Shown: piece after piece, positions 42,855 through 51,189 of the stretch | How positions within the stretch are numbered: position 1 is the first letter of the stretch | Layout of the letters: the number at the start of each line of letters is the position of its first letter | Notes under the pieces: model-generated | Told to the model about the DNA's origin: nothing | Seen by the model: only the letters and a program-made list of their open reading frames with translations | The model's database searches: none | Position numbers and translations under genes: made by a program | Origin: Nitrososphaerota archaeon | GTDB taxonomy: Archaea > Thermoproteota > Nitrososphaeria > Nitrososphaerales > JACPRH01 | Reading direction: 5' to 3' | Assembly: GCA_016190055.1 (NCBI GenBank) | Contig: JACPRH010000005.1 | Location: 35,233 to 99,232, forward strand | DNA length: 64,000 bases

Positions 42855-42945
42855 AAAGAAAAAGAAAGGGGCAGGTGCTCCTTTGCCGGCACCTATCGGC
42901 TGGAAGGATAAATTAATATGTCAAATTTGAAGCAGTAATTTGACT
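42855..42945. repeat. ~90-nt intergenic repeat, copy A (core GCCGGCACCTATCGGCTGGAAGGA at 42885-42908)
   Basis: aaagaaaggggcaggtgctcctttgccggcacctatcggctggaaggata... aligns with copy C (63371-63472) at high identity over ~55 nt, and more loosely downstream. Confidence 0.75.
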
Positions 42946-43069
42946 TACGATTTACCTGTTAATACTTCTGAGTTGGACGCATCTTCTGGAAAGATTTCTT
43001 GCGGTGGAATTTGCAAAAGTAAAACCACAAATTGCCCCAAGATTGATCAGATAAGAGAGGAGATCGAAT

Positions 43070-43765
43070 TTGACCGAAGCAGGTTACGCTAAGAAACGAC
43101 GCGCAATGGTGAATAGGCTTGTGCGCGAAGGCGTGATAAAATCTGAAGCGGTTAAACATGCCTTCCTGACTGTGCCGCGCGAGCTATTCGTCTGGGAAGG
43201 TGGCGAGACCGCTGCTTACGCTGATAGCCCGCAGCCACTAGGCATGACCGATCAAACTATCTCTGCGCCGCACATGATTGCGATTATGCTTGAGGAACTG
43301 GGTCTGAAGGTCGGAATGAGTGTTCTTGAAGTGGGTGCAGGAAGCGGCTACACGTCTGCTCTTATCAGCGAAATAGTTGCACCCTCGGAGAAAGAGTCGG
43401 AGGGTAGGGGGCATGTGACGAGCGTTGAGCTGCTTGATGAGCTTGTTCAGTTTGCGTCAGGGAATCTTGGGCGAGCAGGTTACCCCAGTGTAGTCACAGT
43501 GGTATCGGGGGATGGTACGCTTGGCTACCCTGAGAAGAATAGTGAGGAGATATACGATCGCATTATCGTGACGGCTGCGGCGCCGCATATACCGGTGTAT
43601 CTGCAGATGCAGCTGAAGAAGGGTGGGGTGCTTCTGATTCCTGTTGGGAACCCCTTGGAGCAGCTTCTGCTCCGTGTGTCTAAGAGCGAGGCCGGTGAAG
43701 TTACAAGTAGAAGCGTGATCGAGTGCATGTTCGTTCCGTTAATCGGTGAAGACGGTTTCCATTAG
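43070..43765 (+). CDS. pcm: Protein-L-isoaspartate O-methyltransferase
   Basis: VPRELFV...PLGMTDQTISAPHMIAIMLE...VLEVGAGSGYTSALI...GVLLIPVG signature blocks. TTG start. Confidence 0.9.
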   Translation: MTEAGYAKKRRAMVNRLVREGVIKSEAVKHAFLTVPRELFVWEGGETAAYADSPQPLGMTDQTISAPHMIAIMLEELGLKVGMSVLEVGAGSGYTSALISEIVAPSEKESEGRGHVTSVELLDELVQFASGNLGRAGYPSVVTVVSGDGTLGYPEKNSEEIYDRIIVTAAAPHIPVYLQMQLKKGGVLLIPVGNPLEQLLLRVSKSEAGEVTSRSVIECMFVPLIGEDGFH

Positions 43766-44082
43766 AGTTGTTTGAGGAGAGCAGTGAAGTCCTCCTCCGT
43801 TAGCCCGAAACCGTGGACAGCATTTCTTCGACTTGCTTCTAGCCCATTCTTGAATGCGATTACCGTGGGAACGGCCGGAATATCGTACCTATCCCAGAGA
43901 GGGTTATCGTCGTCGGTGATATCGGCCTTCGCGAACGTGTAATGCGGGTCTCGGCTGTACTGCTCAAAGATTGGAGCAAATCGTCTACTGTATGGACAGT
44001 AGGTGGCGTAGAACATTATCACAACTGGACGTTCGTCTTTAAGAGTCTTCTCTAGTAGAGCATCTGAAGTATCTTCAATCAT
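43762..44082 (-). CDS. Thioredoxin-fold protein with CPYS (CxxS) active-site variant
   Basis: PVVIMFYATYCPYSRRFAPIFEQ places CxxS where thioredoxins have WCGPC. cis-Pro region: IPAVPTVIAF. Convergent 4-nt overlap with pcm. Confidence 0.7.
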   Translation of the reverse strand: MIEDTSDALLEKTLKDERPVVIMFYATYCPYSRRFAPIFEQYSRDPHYTFAKADITDDDNPLWDRYDIPAVPTVIAFKNGLEASRRNAVHGFGLTEEDFTALLKQL

Positions 44083-44189
44083 AGGTAAAGACTGGGTTCA
44101 CACCTTATTTAACCATCATCAGGTTTCGGCGGCAACGGTCTTCTTGTCGTTGAAGGTTTAAGTGAGCGCGCTTTAGCTTCCAGATTTGG

Positions 44190-44744
44190 ATGAGCCGAGA
44201 AGAACGTGAAGAGGGAGAAGGGCTGGTTAGAACCTTAAAACTCTCAGGGCGCCTGAAGAAGGAACATAGGCGAGGATGGGTTATCAAGGTTGGAATACCT
44301 GATCCAGAGTCTGTTGCAGACCACTCTTTTCGCACCGCGTTAATCGCGATGCTTCTAGGTGACTCTAGGGGACTGGATACTGGGAAAATGATGCGAATGG
44401 CCCTGATTCACGATCTTGGAGAAGCCATCATCGGGGATTTGACGCCTCTAGACACTGCGAAGCTAGAGACAAAGAAGCATGATGAAACCGAAGCCATCGA
44501 AGAAATCTTCTCAACTCTACCTAAACAGTTGAGAGAGAAGTATCTGCATCTCTGGCGAGAGCTCCGAGACGGCTCCTCAGAAGAGGCAAAACTAGTATTG
44601 GATGCAGATAAACTAGAAATGGCACTTCAAGCATCAGAATACGAGAAGGAGGGTTACCCAAAGGAGATGCTGAGCGAATTCAAAGCCTCAGCAATAAAAC
44701 GGACATATGACAAAGATATCCTCAACATAATCCACCATCTTTAA
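44190..44744 (+). CDS. HD-domain phosphohydrolase (YfbR-like 5'-deoxynucleotidase family)
   Basis: LKKEHRRGW...ESVADHSFRTALIAMLL...LIHDLGEAIIGDLTP...DADKLEMALQA. Confidence 0.8.
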   Translation: MSREEREEGEGLVRTLKLSGRLKKEHRRGWVIKVGIPDPESVADHSFRTALIAMLLGDSRGLDTGKMMRMALIHDLGEAIIGDLTPLDTAKLETKKHDETEAIEEIFSTLPKQLREKYLHLWRELRDGSSEEAKLVLDADKLEMALQASEYEKEGYPKEMLSEFKASAIKRTYDKDILNIIHHL

Positions 44745-44941
44745 CGTCAATCCAACCCGAGCCAAGCAAAATGGGGTTAAGAAGCGGCACACGCACCATT
44801 ATTCCGATAGGAATAATTTTGTCATCAAACTATTTATAGGCTAAGAGTCCCGCCTTTCCATACAGACAGATAGGTGAGAGAGAAATCGGCGAAGTAACTA
44901 AACTGGTATGCAGAGAATGCGGAAAAGAGTATACACCTACT

Positions 44942-46108
44942 ATGCGGCATCTCTGCGACGAGTGTTTTGGACCGGTTGAGGTGGCGTACGATTACGATAA
45001 GATTAAGCTAACTCCTAGCATGTTCTACGGACGCGTAAAGAGTCTCTGGCGTTACCACGAACTGTTGCCCCTGAGAGATCCTGCGAAGGCAGTGGATTTG
45101 GGAGCAGGCTTCACACCTTTGCATCGAAGCATAGGACTAGCTGAGAGGCTGGGTCTAAAGAACCTCTACATCAAGAATGATAGCGTGAACCCGAGCTTCT
45201 CGTTCAAGGATCGACCTGCAACAGTCGCGGTCTCAAAATCAATCGAGTTTGGGCTTCAAGCGGTAGGATGCCCCTCAACCGGTAACCTCGCAGCCGCTAC
45301 AGCAGCTCACGCCGCGAGAGCACAGATCCCTTGTTACATCTTCGTTCCCGCAGACATTGAACCGACCAAAATCATCCAAGCATCAGTTTACGGTGCACAG
45401 GTCGTAGCGGTTAAAGGAACATATGATGACGCGAACAGAATATTGACTCAGGCCGCTGACATCTACCGGATCGGCGTGGTGAACGTGAATATCAGGTCAT
45501 ACTATGTTGAGGGATCGAAGACCCTCGCCTTTGAGGTTGCTGAGCAGCTAGGGTGGAGAGCACCTGACCATGCGATTGTTCCAACAGCCAGTGGAGCTCT
45601 TCTCTGCGCGATCAGCAAGGGCTTTGACGAACTCATCGAAGTCAATCTGCTGGAAGAATGCGGCACCAAGATTACAGCGGCACAGGGATACGGATGCGCA
45701 CCTATAGCTGACGCCTTCAAGAAGGGTGATGAGATGGTTACACCTGTTGAGAAACCTAAGACGATCGCTAAGAGCCTCGCGATCGGCGATCCGGGAGACG
45801 GTATCTACGCCTTAAGAAAAATTAGAAAGACAGGAGGCTACGCGGAGGATCCGACTGATCAAGAGATTATTGACGGCATAAGGCTGCTCGCGAAGACAGA
45901 AGGAATCTTCACTGAGCCCGCGGGAGGAGTCTCAATTGCGACTCTGAAGCGAATGGTTGACGACGGCAGAATTGATCGGGACGAGACCGTCGTATGCTAC
46001 ATCACCGGCAACGGGTTAAAGACACCGGAGGTGGTGGCTAGCCAGCTGCCGAAGCCGTTAGTTGTGGATCCGGAGATACAGGCTCTGGCCCCAATTCTTT
46101 CAAGGTGA
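44942..46108 (+). CDS. Threonine synthase-like fold-type II PLP enzyme with N-terminal zinc ribbon (5' end probably extends upstream of the first ATG)
   Basis: PLP-lysine motif NPSFSFKDRPA and a glycine-rich loop (PTASGALLCA). The in-frame upstream sequence encodes LVCRECGKEY, completing a CxxC-x11-CxxC ribbon with LCDEC. No ATG/GTG/TTG lies in frame between the stop at 44837 and 44942. Confidence 0.8.
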   Translation: MRHLCDECFGPVEVAYDYDKIKLTPSMFYGRVKSLWRYHELLPLRDPAKAVDLGAGFTPLHRSIGLAERLGLKNLYIKNDSVNPSFSFKDRPATVAVSKSIEFGLQAVGCPSTGNLAAATAAHAARAQIPCYIFVPADIEPTKIIQASVYGAQVVAVKGTYDDANRILTQAADIYRIGVVNVNIRSYYVEGSKTLAFEVAEQLGWRAPDHAIVPTASGALLCAISKGFDELIEVNLLEECGTKITAAQGYGCAPIADAFKKGDEMVTPVEKPKTIAKSLAIGDPGDGIYALRKIRKTGGYAEDPTDQEIIDGIRLLAKTEGIFTEPAGGVSIATLKRMVDDGRIDRDETVVCYITGNGLKTPEVVASQLPKPLVVDPEIQALAPILSR

Positions 46109-46398
46109 GCATGAAGATGGCGAAGATACGTTTCACAGTACCCGGTGTACTCGCAAGCGTCACAGGCGGTAACCGGCAGATTGACATGGAGGCATCCACA
46201 GTGAAAGAAGCGCTCTCCAACCTCGTATCGAAGTATGGGGAGGAGTTCGAGCGCAGAGTCTTTGACGTTACCGGTCAACCGAAGCGGCTACTGAACTTCT
46301 ACGTTAACGGGAAGAATGTTCGCTTCCTATCCAACCTTGATACACAGTTGAAGGATGGAGATGAAGTGATGCTTCTGCCAGCGGTGGGCGGAGGTTGA
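46105..46398 (+). CDS. MoaD/ThiS-family ubiquitin-like sulfur-carrier/SAMP-like protein ending in Gly-Gly
   Basis: ~93-97 aa beta-grasp-sized protein. MoaD-like pattern: IRFTVPG...LLNFYVNGKNV...LKDGDEVMLLPAVGGG*. GTG 46105 overlaps the upstream TGA. ATG 46117 has a GGTGA SD 8 nt upstream. Confidence 0.8.
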   Translation: MSMKMAKIRFTVPGVLASVTGGNRQIDMEASTVKEALSNLVSKYGEEFERRVFDVTGQPKRLLNFYVNGKNVRFLSNLDTQLKDGDEVMLLPAVGGG

Positions 46399-46408
46399 GC
46401 CAACAGAG

Positions 46409-47524
46409 ATGGCGTTTTCACGTGAAGAGATTGAGCGCTATTCACGGCAGATTGTCCTAGACGAGATTGGGTACGAGGGTCAGCTGCGGCTGAAGAAGGG
46501 CAAGGTTCTGCTAATAGGAGTCGGCGGACTAGGCTCTCCAATAGCTCTTCAACTCACCTCGATGGGTGTAGGTAACCTGCGCATCGTCGACCGCGACGTT
46601 GTGGAGCTCTCCAACCTTCACCGACAACCTCTGTACAGCACCGACGATATTGGATACCCGAAGGTTGAGGTGGCTGCAGCGAAGCTCAAAGCCAAAAACC
46701 CAGATGTAAAGATAGAGGCTCTCACAGTCTCAGTTAACCAAGACAGTATAAAGGAGATCATAAAGGACGTAGACGTAGTTGTCGACGGCCTTGACTCCAT
46801 CGAAACCCGCTACGTCGTGAACCGAGCCTGCATCGAGGCCGGCATCCCCTTCGTTTACGGAGCGGCCATCGAAACAATAGGCTCAGCCACAACGGTAATC
46901 CCGCGAGAAACAGCGTGTATCGAGTGCTTCGCACCTAATCTTGAGGACGATCAGCTCCCCAAATGCGGAACCGAAGGAGTCCACCCGTCAATCCTCAGCA
47001 TAATCGGCAGTATAGAGGCGTCTGAAGCAGTCCGCGTACTCATGGGAAAGAAACCGAATCTAGCGGGTCGACTAGCCTATTTTGACGTAAAGGATCTCAC
47101 CTTCGACCAGATCAACATCGAGAGGCAGGACACCTGCCCAACCTGCGGCGACCAGCCGCATCAGGCCCCTAAGCCGATTCACAGAAGGCTGGTAAGGGAG
47201 CTCTGCGGACGGGAGCAGGGAAAACGAGCATTAGCAATAACACCTAGGGAGAACCTGAACCTTGACGTACAGGATCTGACTCAGAGACTCAAGACCAGAG
47301 GCTTCACGATCGAAGTTGCAGCCAAGATGGGCATAACCTTCCGATACAACCCCGAGGTCACCGTCAGCATCCTGTCAAGCGGAGTCGCAGTGGTAGTCGG
47401 AGTCAAAGAGGAGATCGAGGCGCTCACAATATACAGCGACGTCATATCCGAGGAGATGCAGGTCGACCTGAACCGCGTAGATCCAAGCCTACCAACCCTG
47501 CTGGCGAAGCCGCGGAAAATCTAA
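46409..47524 (+). CDS. E1-like ThiF/MoeB/UbaA-family adenylyltransferase with an uncharacterised ~120-aa C-terminal extension
   Basis: YSRQIVLDEIGYEGQLRLKKGKVLLIGVGGLGSP nucleotide loop, RIVDRDVVELSNLHRQ, and a zinc pair CIECF...CPTCG. The C-terminal region is not a rhodanese pattern. Confidence 0.85.
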   Translation: MAFSREEIERYSRQIVLDEIGYEGQLRLKKGKVLLIGVGGLGSPIALQLTSMGVGNLRIVDRDVVELSNLHRQPLYSTDDIGYPKVEVAAAKLKAKNPDVKIEALTVSVNQDSIKEIIKDVDVVVDGLDSIETRYVVNRACIEAGIPFVYGAAIETIGSATTVIPRETACIECFAPNLEDDQLPKCGTEGVHPSILSIIGSIEASEAVRVLMGKKPNLAGRLAYFDVKDLTFDQINIERQDTCPTCGDQPHQAPKPIHRRLVRELCGREQGKRALAITPRENLNLDVQDLTQRLKTRGFTIEVAAKMGITFRYNPEVTVSILSSGVAVVVGVKEEIEALTIYSDVISEEMQVDLNRVDPSLPTLLAKPRKI

Positions 47525-47592
47525 ACAGCCAGCAATCTGATGCGCCGAAAGCTTATAGATACCAGACAGTTTTCGGTGCGGTGTGAGACTGG

Positions 47593-48723
47593 TTGGCTAA
47601 ATACCGAGTTCCCGTTATGCCCGGTGACGGAATCGGACCTGAAATCATAGCTGAAGGCAGAAAAGTCATCGACACAGTGAGCGAAGTCGATTCATTCGAG
47701 ATTGACTGGATTGATTACCCTCACGGCGCGGATCATTACCTCGCTACAGGCGAGTTGATCAGCGAAGACACTTTGAAGGAGCTTAGAAAGTACAGATCAA
47801 TCTATCTGGGAGCACTCGGAGACCCACGGGTTGAACCGGGGATTCTGGAGCTCGGAATCCTTCTACGCCTCCGCTTCTACATGGATGAGTACGTCAATCT
47901 AAGGCCAATCAAGCTCTTTGACGGCGTCGACACTCCGATCAAGTACAAAACCTCGAAGGACATCAACTTTACAGTGGTTCGTGAGAACACCGAGGACTTT
48001 TACGTCGGCCTCGGAGCACGAGTCAAGAAGGGAAAAAGCCACACAAAACTAGACTTGATCCGTGACACATATCAAGTAAAGTTCGGGATTGATGTAGAAA
48101 CAGACGCTGAGGAAGTTGCGTTTCAACTCGGAGTCATGAGCCGTCATGGCGCCAGACGCATAATCAAGTATGCGTTTGATTATGCTAAAGATCATAACCG
48201 GACTAAAGTTACGGCGGTTGACAAGGCCAATGTCATCACAAACTTGTACGGGATGTGGCGCGAGATTTGCCGAGACGTCGCTAAAGGATATCCAGGCATC
48301 GAAAACGACTTCGCCTTCGTCGACGCTACAACCATGTGGTTCGTGAAGAACCCTGAGTGGTTTCAGGTGCTCGTAACACCCAACCTCTTCGGAGACATCA
48401 TAACCGACCTAGGCGCGATGATCCAAGGCGGCCTCGGGTTCGCTGCAGGCGGCAACATCAACCCAGGAGGCACATCAATGTTTGAACCCATTCATGGCTC
48501 AGCCCCCAAGTACAAGGGAATGAACAAGGTGAACCCAATCGCAACAATCCTCTCAGGGGGCCTCCTTCTAGAAAACCTTGGACTCCGCAAATCAGCCGAT
48601 AAGCTGGAGAGAGCAGTAGCTGAAGTCATAAAGGAAGGCAAGGTCAAAACCTACGATATGGGCGGAAAATCAACCACAAGCGACATGGGAGACGCCGTCG
48701 CAGCCAAAGTCAAGACGCTTTAA
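47593..48723 (+). CDS. Isocitrate/isopropylmalate dehydrogenase family protein (tartrate/D-malate/3-IPM dehydrogenase-like)
   Basis: [38 protein letters not shown] and [22 protein letters not shown] blocks. Confidence 0.85.
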   Translation: MAKYRVPVMPGDGIGPEIIAEGRKVIDTVSEVDSFEIDWIDYPHGADHYLATGELISEDTLKELRKYRSIYLGALGDPRVEPGILELGILLRLRFYMDEYVNLRPIKLFDGVDTPIKYKTSKDINFTVVRENTEDFYVGLGARVKKGKSHTKLDLIRDTYQVKFGIDVETDAEEVAFQLGVMSRHGARRIIKYAFDYAKDHNRTKVTAVDKANVITNLYGMWREICRDVAKGYPGIENDFAFVDATTMWFVKNPEWFQVLVTPNLFGDIITDLGAMIQGGLGFAAGGNINPGGTSMFEPIHGSAPKYKGMNKVNPIATILSGGLLLENLGLRKSADKLERAVAEVIKEGKVKTYDMGGKSTTSDMGDAVAAKVKTL

Positions 48724-48879
48724 CTCGCAATTACTTACGAAAGAGAAACAACGCAGATCTGCAGTTGAATTAGCCGGATCTGCGGCTGTCTCCCGCATGC
48801 CCCTCCATACTGCCTCTTCTAGAATAGCGAAACAGTTTTTAGGAATCAACCCGCATGAGGGTTTTCCCGCGATGCCGAA

Positions 48880-49992
48880 TTGGACATAAGAAAGATAGTT
48901 GCGTTCATGTTAGTCGCTGCGTTCCTACTACCTACGCTTCTTACATCTAACATAGTTCAGGGGAAGGAAGGATTTGGTATGGTCAAAGTAGGCAACCCGA
49001 TTCTGATGCGAGATGATTTTTCGAAAGATCCTATCAACTGGACATTTCTTCACGCCGCTCGGTGGGACGCTGGAGCCCAGCAGATTATCCTCACGGAGCC
49101 GGGTTCAGAGCGTGTCGGGGTGATCTGGCTGAAAAGGAATGTTACTTCACCGTTCACCGCGGAGTTCCGTTACCGCGTAGGAGGCGGAACTGGAGCAGAT
49201 GGATTCGTCTTCATGTTCTATAAGGATCCGAATTACGAGCCCGGGATTGGTGGTTACCTAGGCTTTCTATGCAGACCGGTTGAGAAGCCTTGTCCGAGGA
49301 ATGATGCGCCGGGCTACGGATTAGAGGTTGACAATTATCTTAACAGCGAAGAGGCTTACGGTATGGCTGATCCGTCACCCAACCATATTGCGCTTCTCAA
49401 GGATGATATCAACAATCATTTGGTTTATGTGAACGACAGTAGAACTGAGGATGATAAGTGGCATCAGGTTAGATTACTGGCTCAGGAGAATGAGATTGTA
49501 GCCTACGTCGATGAAGGCGAAACCTTACGTTGGTCAGGCCCGATTAACCGCTCCTTCGGCGGTGCAGGTTTCGGCTCAGGCATCTGGGGTCTAAACCATC
49601 GGCATATCATCGATGACTTCCGAATCTATGGAAACAGCATCACCATTCAAGGATTACAGCAAGGCTGGACAGCTGAGCTCGTGAATGAGAATAATAAGAC
49701 TCTTGCAAATGGAGAGGCTGCTAAAAACGGGACCGAAGCAGTCTTGGAAGTCTTTGGGCTCCCGATGCCGCTTGAAGGCCGCTTCCGAATCTATGAAGGA
49801 AACAACAAAACTGTCTACGATTCTCCAGTATTGCGAGATATCTGGGGTGGTGACGTCTGGCTTCTGCGATACTTACCAGATCCAGCTGCAGAAGCCGGCT
49901 GGGACCCTCAGATAGTCGTGGCGGCAGCAGGTATTAGTGCAGTAGCTCTGTCGCTCGGGCTCCTTATCCTTAGGAGAAAAAAGACGTCCTAA
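48880..49992 (+). CDS. Exported L-type-lectin/ConA-like domain protein with C-terminal membrane anchor
   Basis: Signal/TM (IVAFMLVAAFLLPTLL). Lectin-like block GVIWLKRNVTSPFTAEFRYRVGGGTGADGFVFMFY. C-terminal TM plus RRKKTS. Confidence 0.6.
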   Translation: MDIRKIVAFMLVAAFLLPTLLTSNIVQGKEGFGMVKVGNPILMRDDFSKDPINWTFLHAARWDAGAQQIILTEPGSERVGVIWLKRNVTSPFTAEFRYRVGGGTGADGFVFMFYKDPNYEPGIGGYLGFLCRPVEKPCPRNDAPGYGLEVDNYLNSEEAYGMADPSPNHIALLKDDINNHLVYVNDSRTEDDKWHQVRLLAQENEIVAYVDEGETLRWSGPINRSFGGAGFGSGIWGLNHRHIIDDFRIYGNSITIQGLQQGWTAELVNENNKTLANGEAAKNGTEAVLEVFGLPMPLEGRFRIYEGNNKTVYDSPVLRDIWGGDVWLLRYLPDPAAEAGWDPQIVVAAAGISAVALSLGLLILRRKKTS

Positions 49993-50068
49993 CCTCAAGC
50001 AACATCTCAGCACAGATATTCTAAACGTTTAACTACCACTAGTTTTGTCCCGTTTTTCTGAAGCGTAA

Positions 50069-51097
50069 TTGGCTAAGAAGATCGCATTGATTCGAGGAGA
50101 CGGCGCCGGACCAGAGCTGGTCGACGCGATGCTTGCAGTCCTGAATGCAGTTGGAACAAAGGCAAATATCATCACCTGCGATGCAGGGCTTGAGTGGTGG
50201 GAGGAGCACGGGGGACCATCCTTCATCCCACCAGAGACTTGGGATGTTTTGAAGTCTTCAGATGCCTGTTACAAGGGCCCTACCACAACGCTTCCCACCC
50301 CAAACACGCCTAGAAGCGTCGCAGTCGGTATTCGCCAATACTTCGATCTCTATGCGAACATTCGGCCGATAAAGACATTCCCAGGCCAAGTCGGTCCGCT
50401 GGGTGAAGTTGACTTTGTTTGTGTCCGCGAGGGTACTGAGGGCTTATACTCGGGCCTTGAACACCGGTTGAGCGACGACTGCGCAATCAGCATCAGGAAA
50501 ATTACGCGGAAGAGCTGCACCCGAATTGCAAAGTATGCCTTTGACATGGCGCGTGAGAAGAAGTGGAAGAAGGTTGTTGCAATCAATAAGGGAAATATTC
50601 TGAAGGAGACTGATGGAATGTTTCTCAAGATCGTCGAGGAGGTTGCTAAAGGCTATCCGGAAATTGAGTGGGAGCCTTACTTTGTCGATAACTTCAGCCA
50701 GCAACTAATCAAGAATCCACAGCGCTTCAACCAGAATATTGTGATGAGCACCAACCTCTTCATGGACATTCTCTCCGAGGAAGCTTCAGGCCTAGTAGGA
50801 AGCATCGGTTGCATCTACTCAGCTAACATCGGCGAAAAATACGCAATGTTCGAGCCGGCTCATGGAAGCGCCCCTAAGTACAAGGGAATGAATAAGGTGA
50901 ACCCAGTAGCCACAATCCTCTCAGGCGCCTGGATGCTCGAGTACATCGGCGAAAAGAAGCTGTCCGACGCCATCTTCAAAGCAACCATCGAAGTGATCAA
51001 GGAAGGCAAGCATGTCACATACGATCTAGGCGGCAGCGAAACCACCTCAGGCATGGCTAAGGTCATCGCCAAGAAGGCAACTGCAATCCTAAAGTAA
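50069..51097 (+). CDS. Isocitrate/homoisocitrate/3-isopropylmalate dehydrogenase family protein (second paralog)
   Basis: IRGDGAGPEL, YANIRPIK, REGTEGLYSG and [22 protein letters not shown] blocks. TTG start. Confidence 0.85.
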   Translation: MAKKIALIRGDGAGPELVDAMLAVLNAVGTKANIITCDAGLEWWEEHGGPSFIPPETWDVLKSSDACYKGPTTTLPTPNTPRSVAVGIRQYFDLYANIRPIKTFPGQVGPLGEVDFVCVREGTEGLYSGLEHRLSDDCAISIRKITRKSCTRIAKYAFDMAREKKWKKVVAINKGNILKETDGMFLKIVEEVAKGYPEIEWEPYFVDNFSQQLIKNPQRFNQNIVMSTNLFMDILSEEASGLVGSIGCIYSANIGEKYAMFEPAHGSAPKYKGMNKVNPVATILSGAWMLEYIGEKKLSDAIFKATIEVIKEGKHVTYDLGGSETTSGMAKVIAKKATAILK

Positions 51098-51189
51098 AGA
51101 AGTAGCATACAGCAGCGCAACTGAATTGACACCGGTAGAGATATTCAGCGCCTAGCCTTTACCATAGATAGACAGTAGATGGCTGAGAG

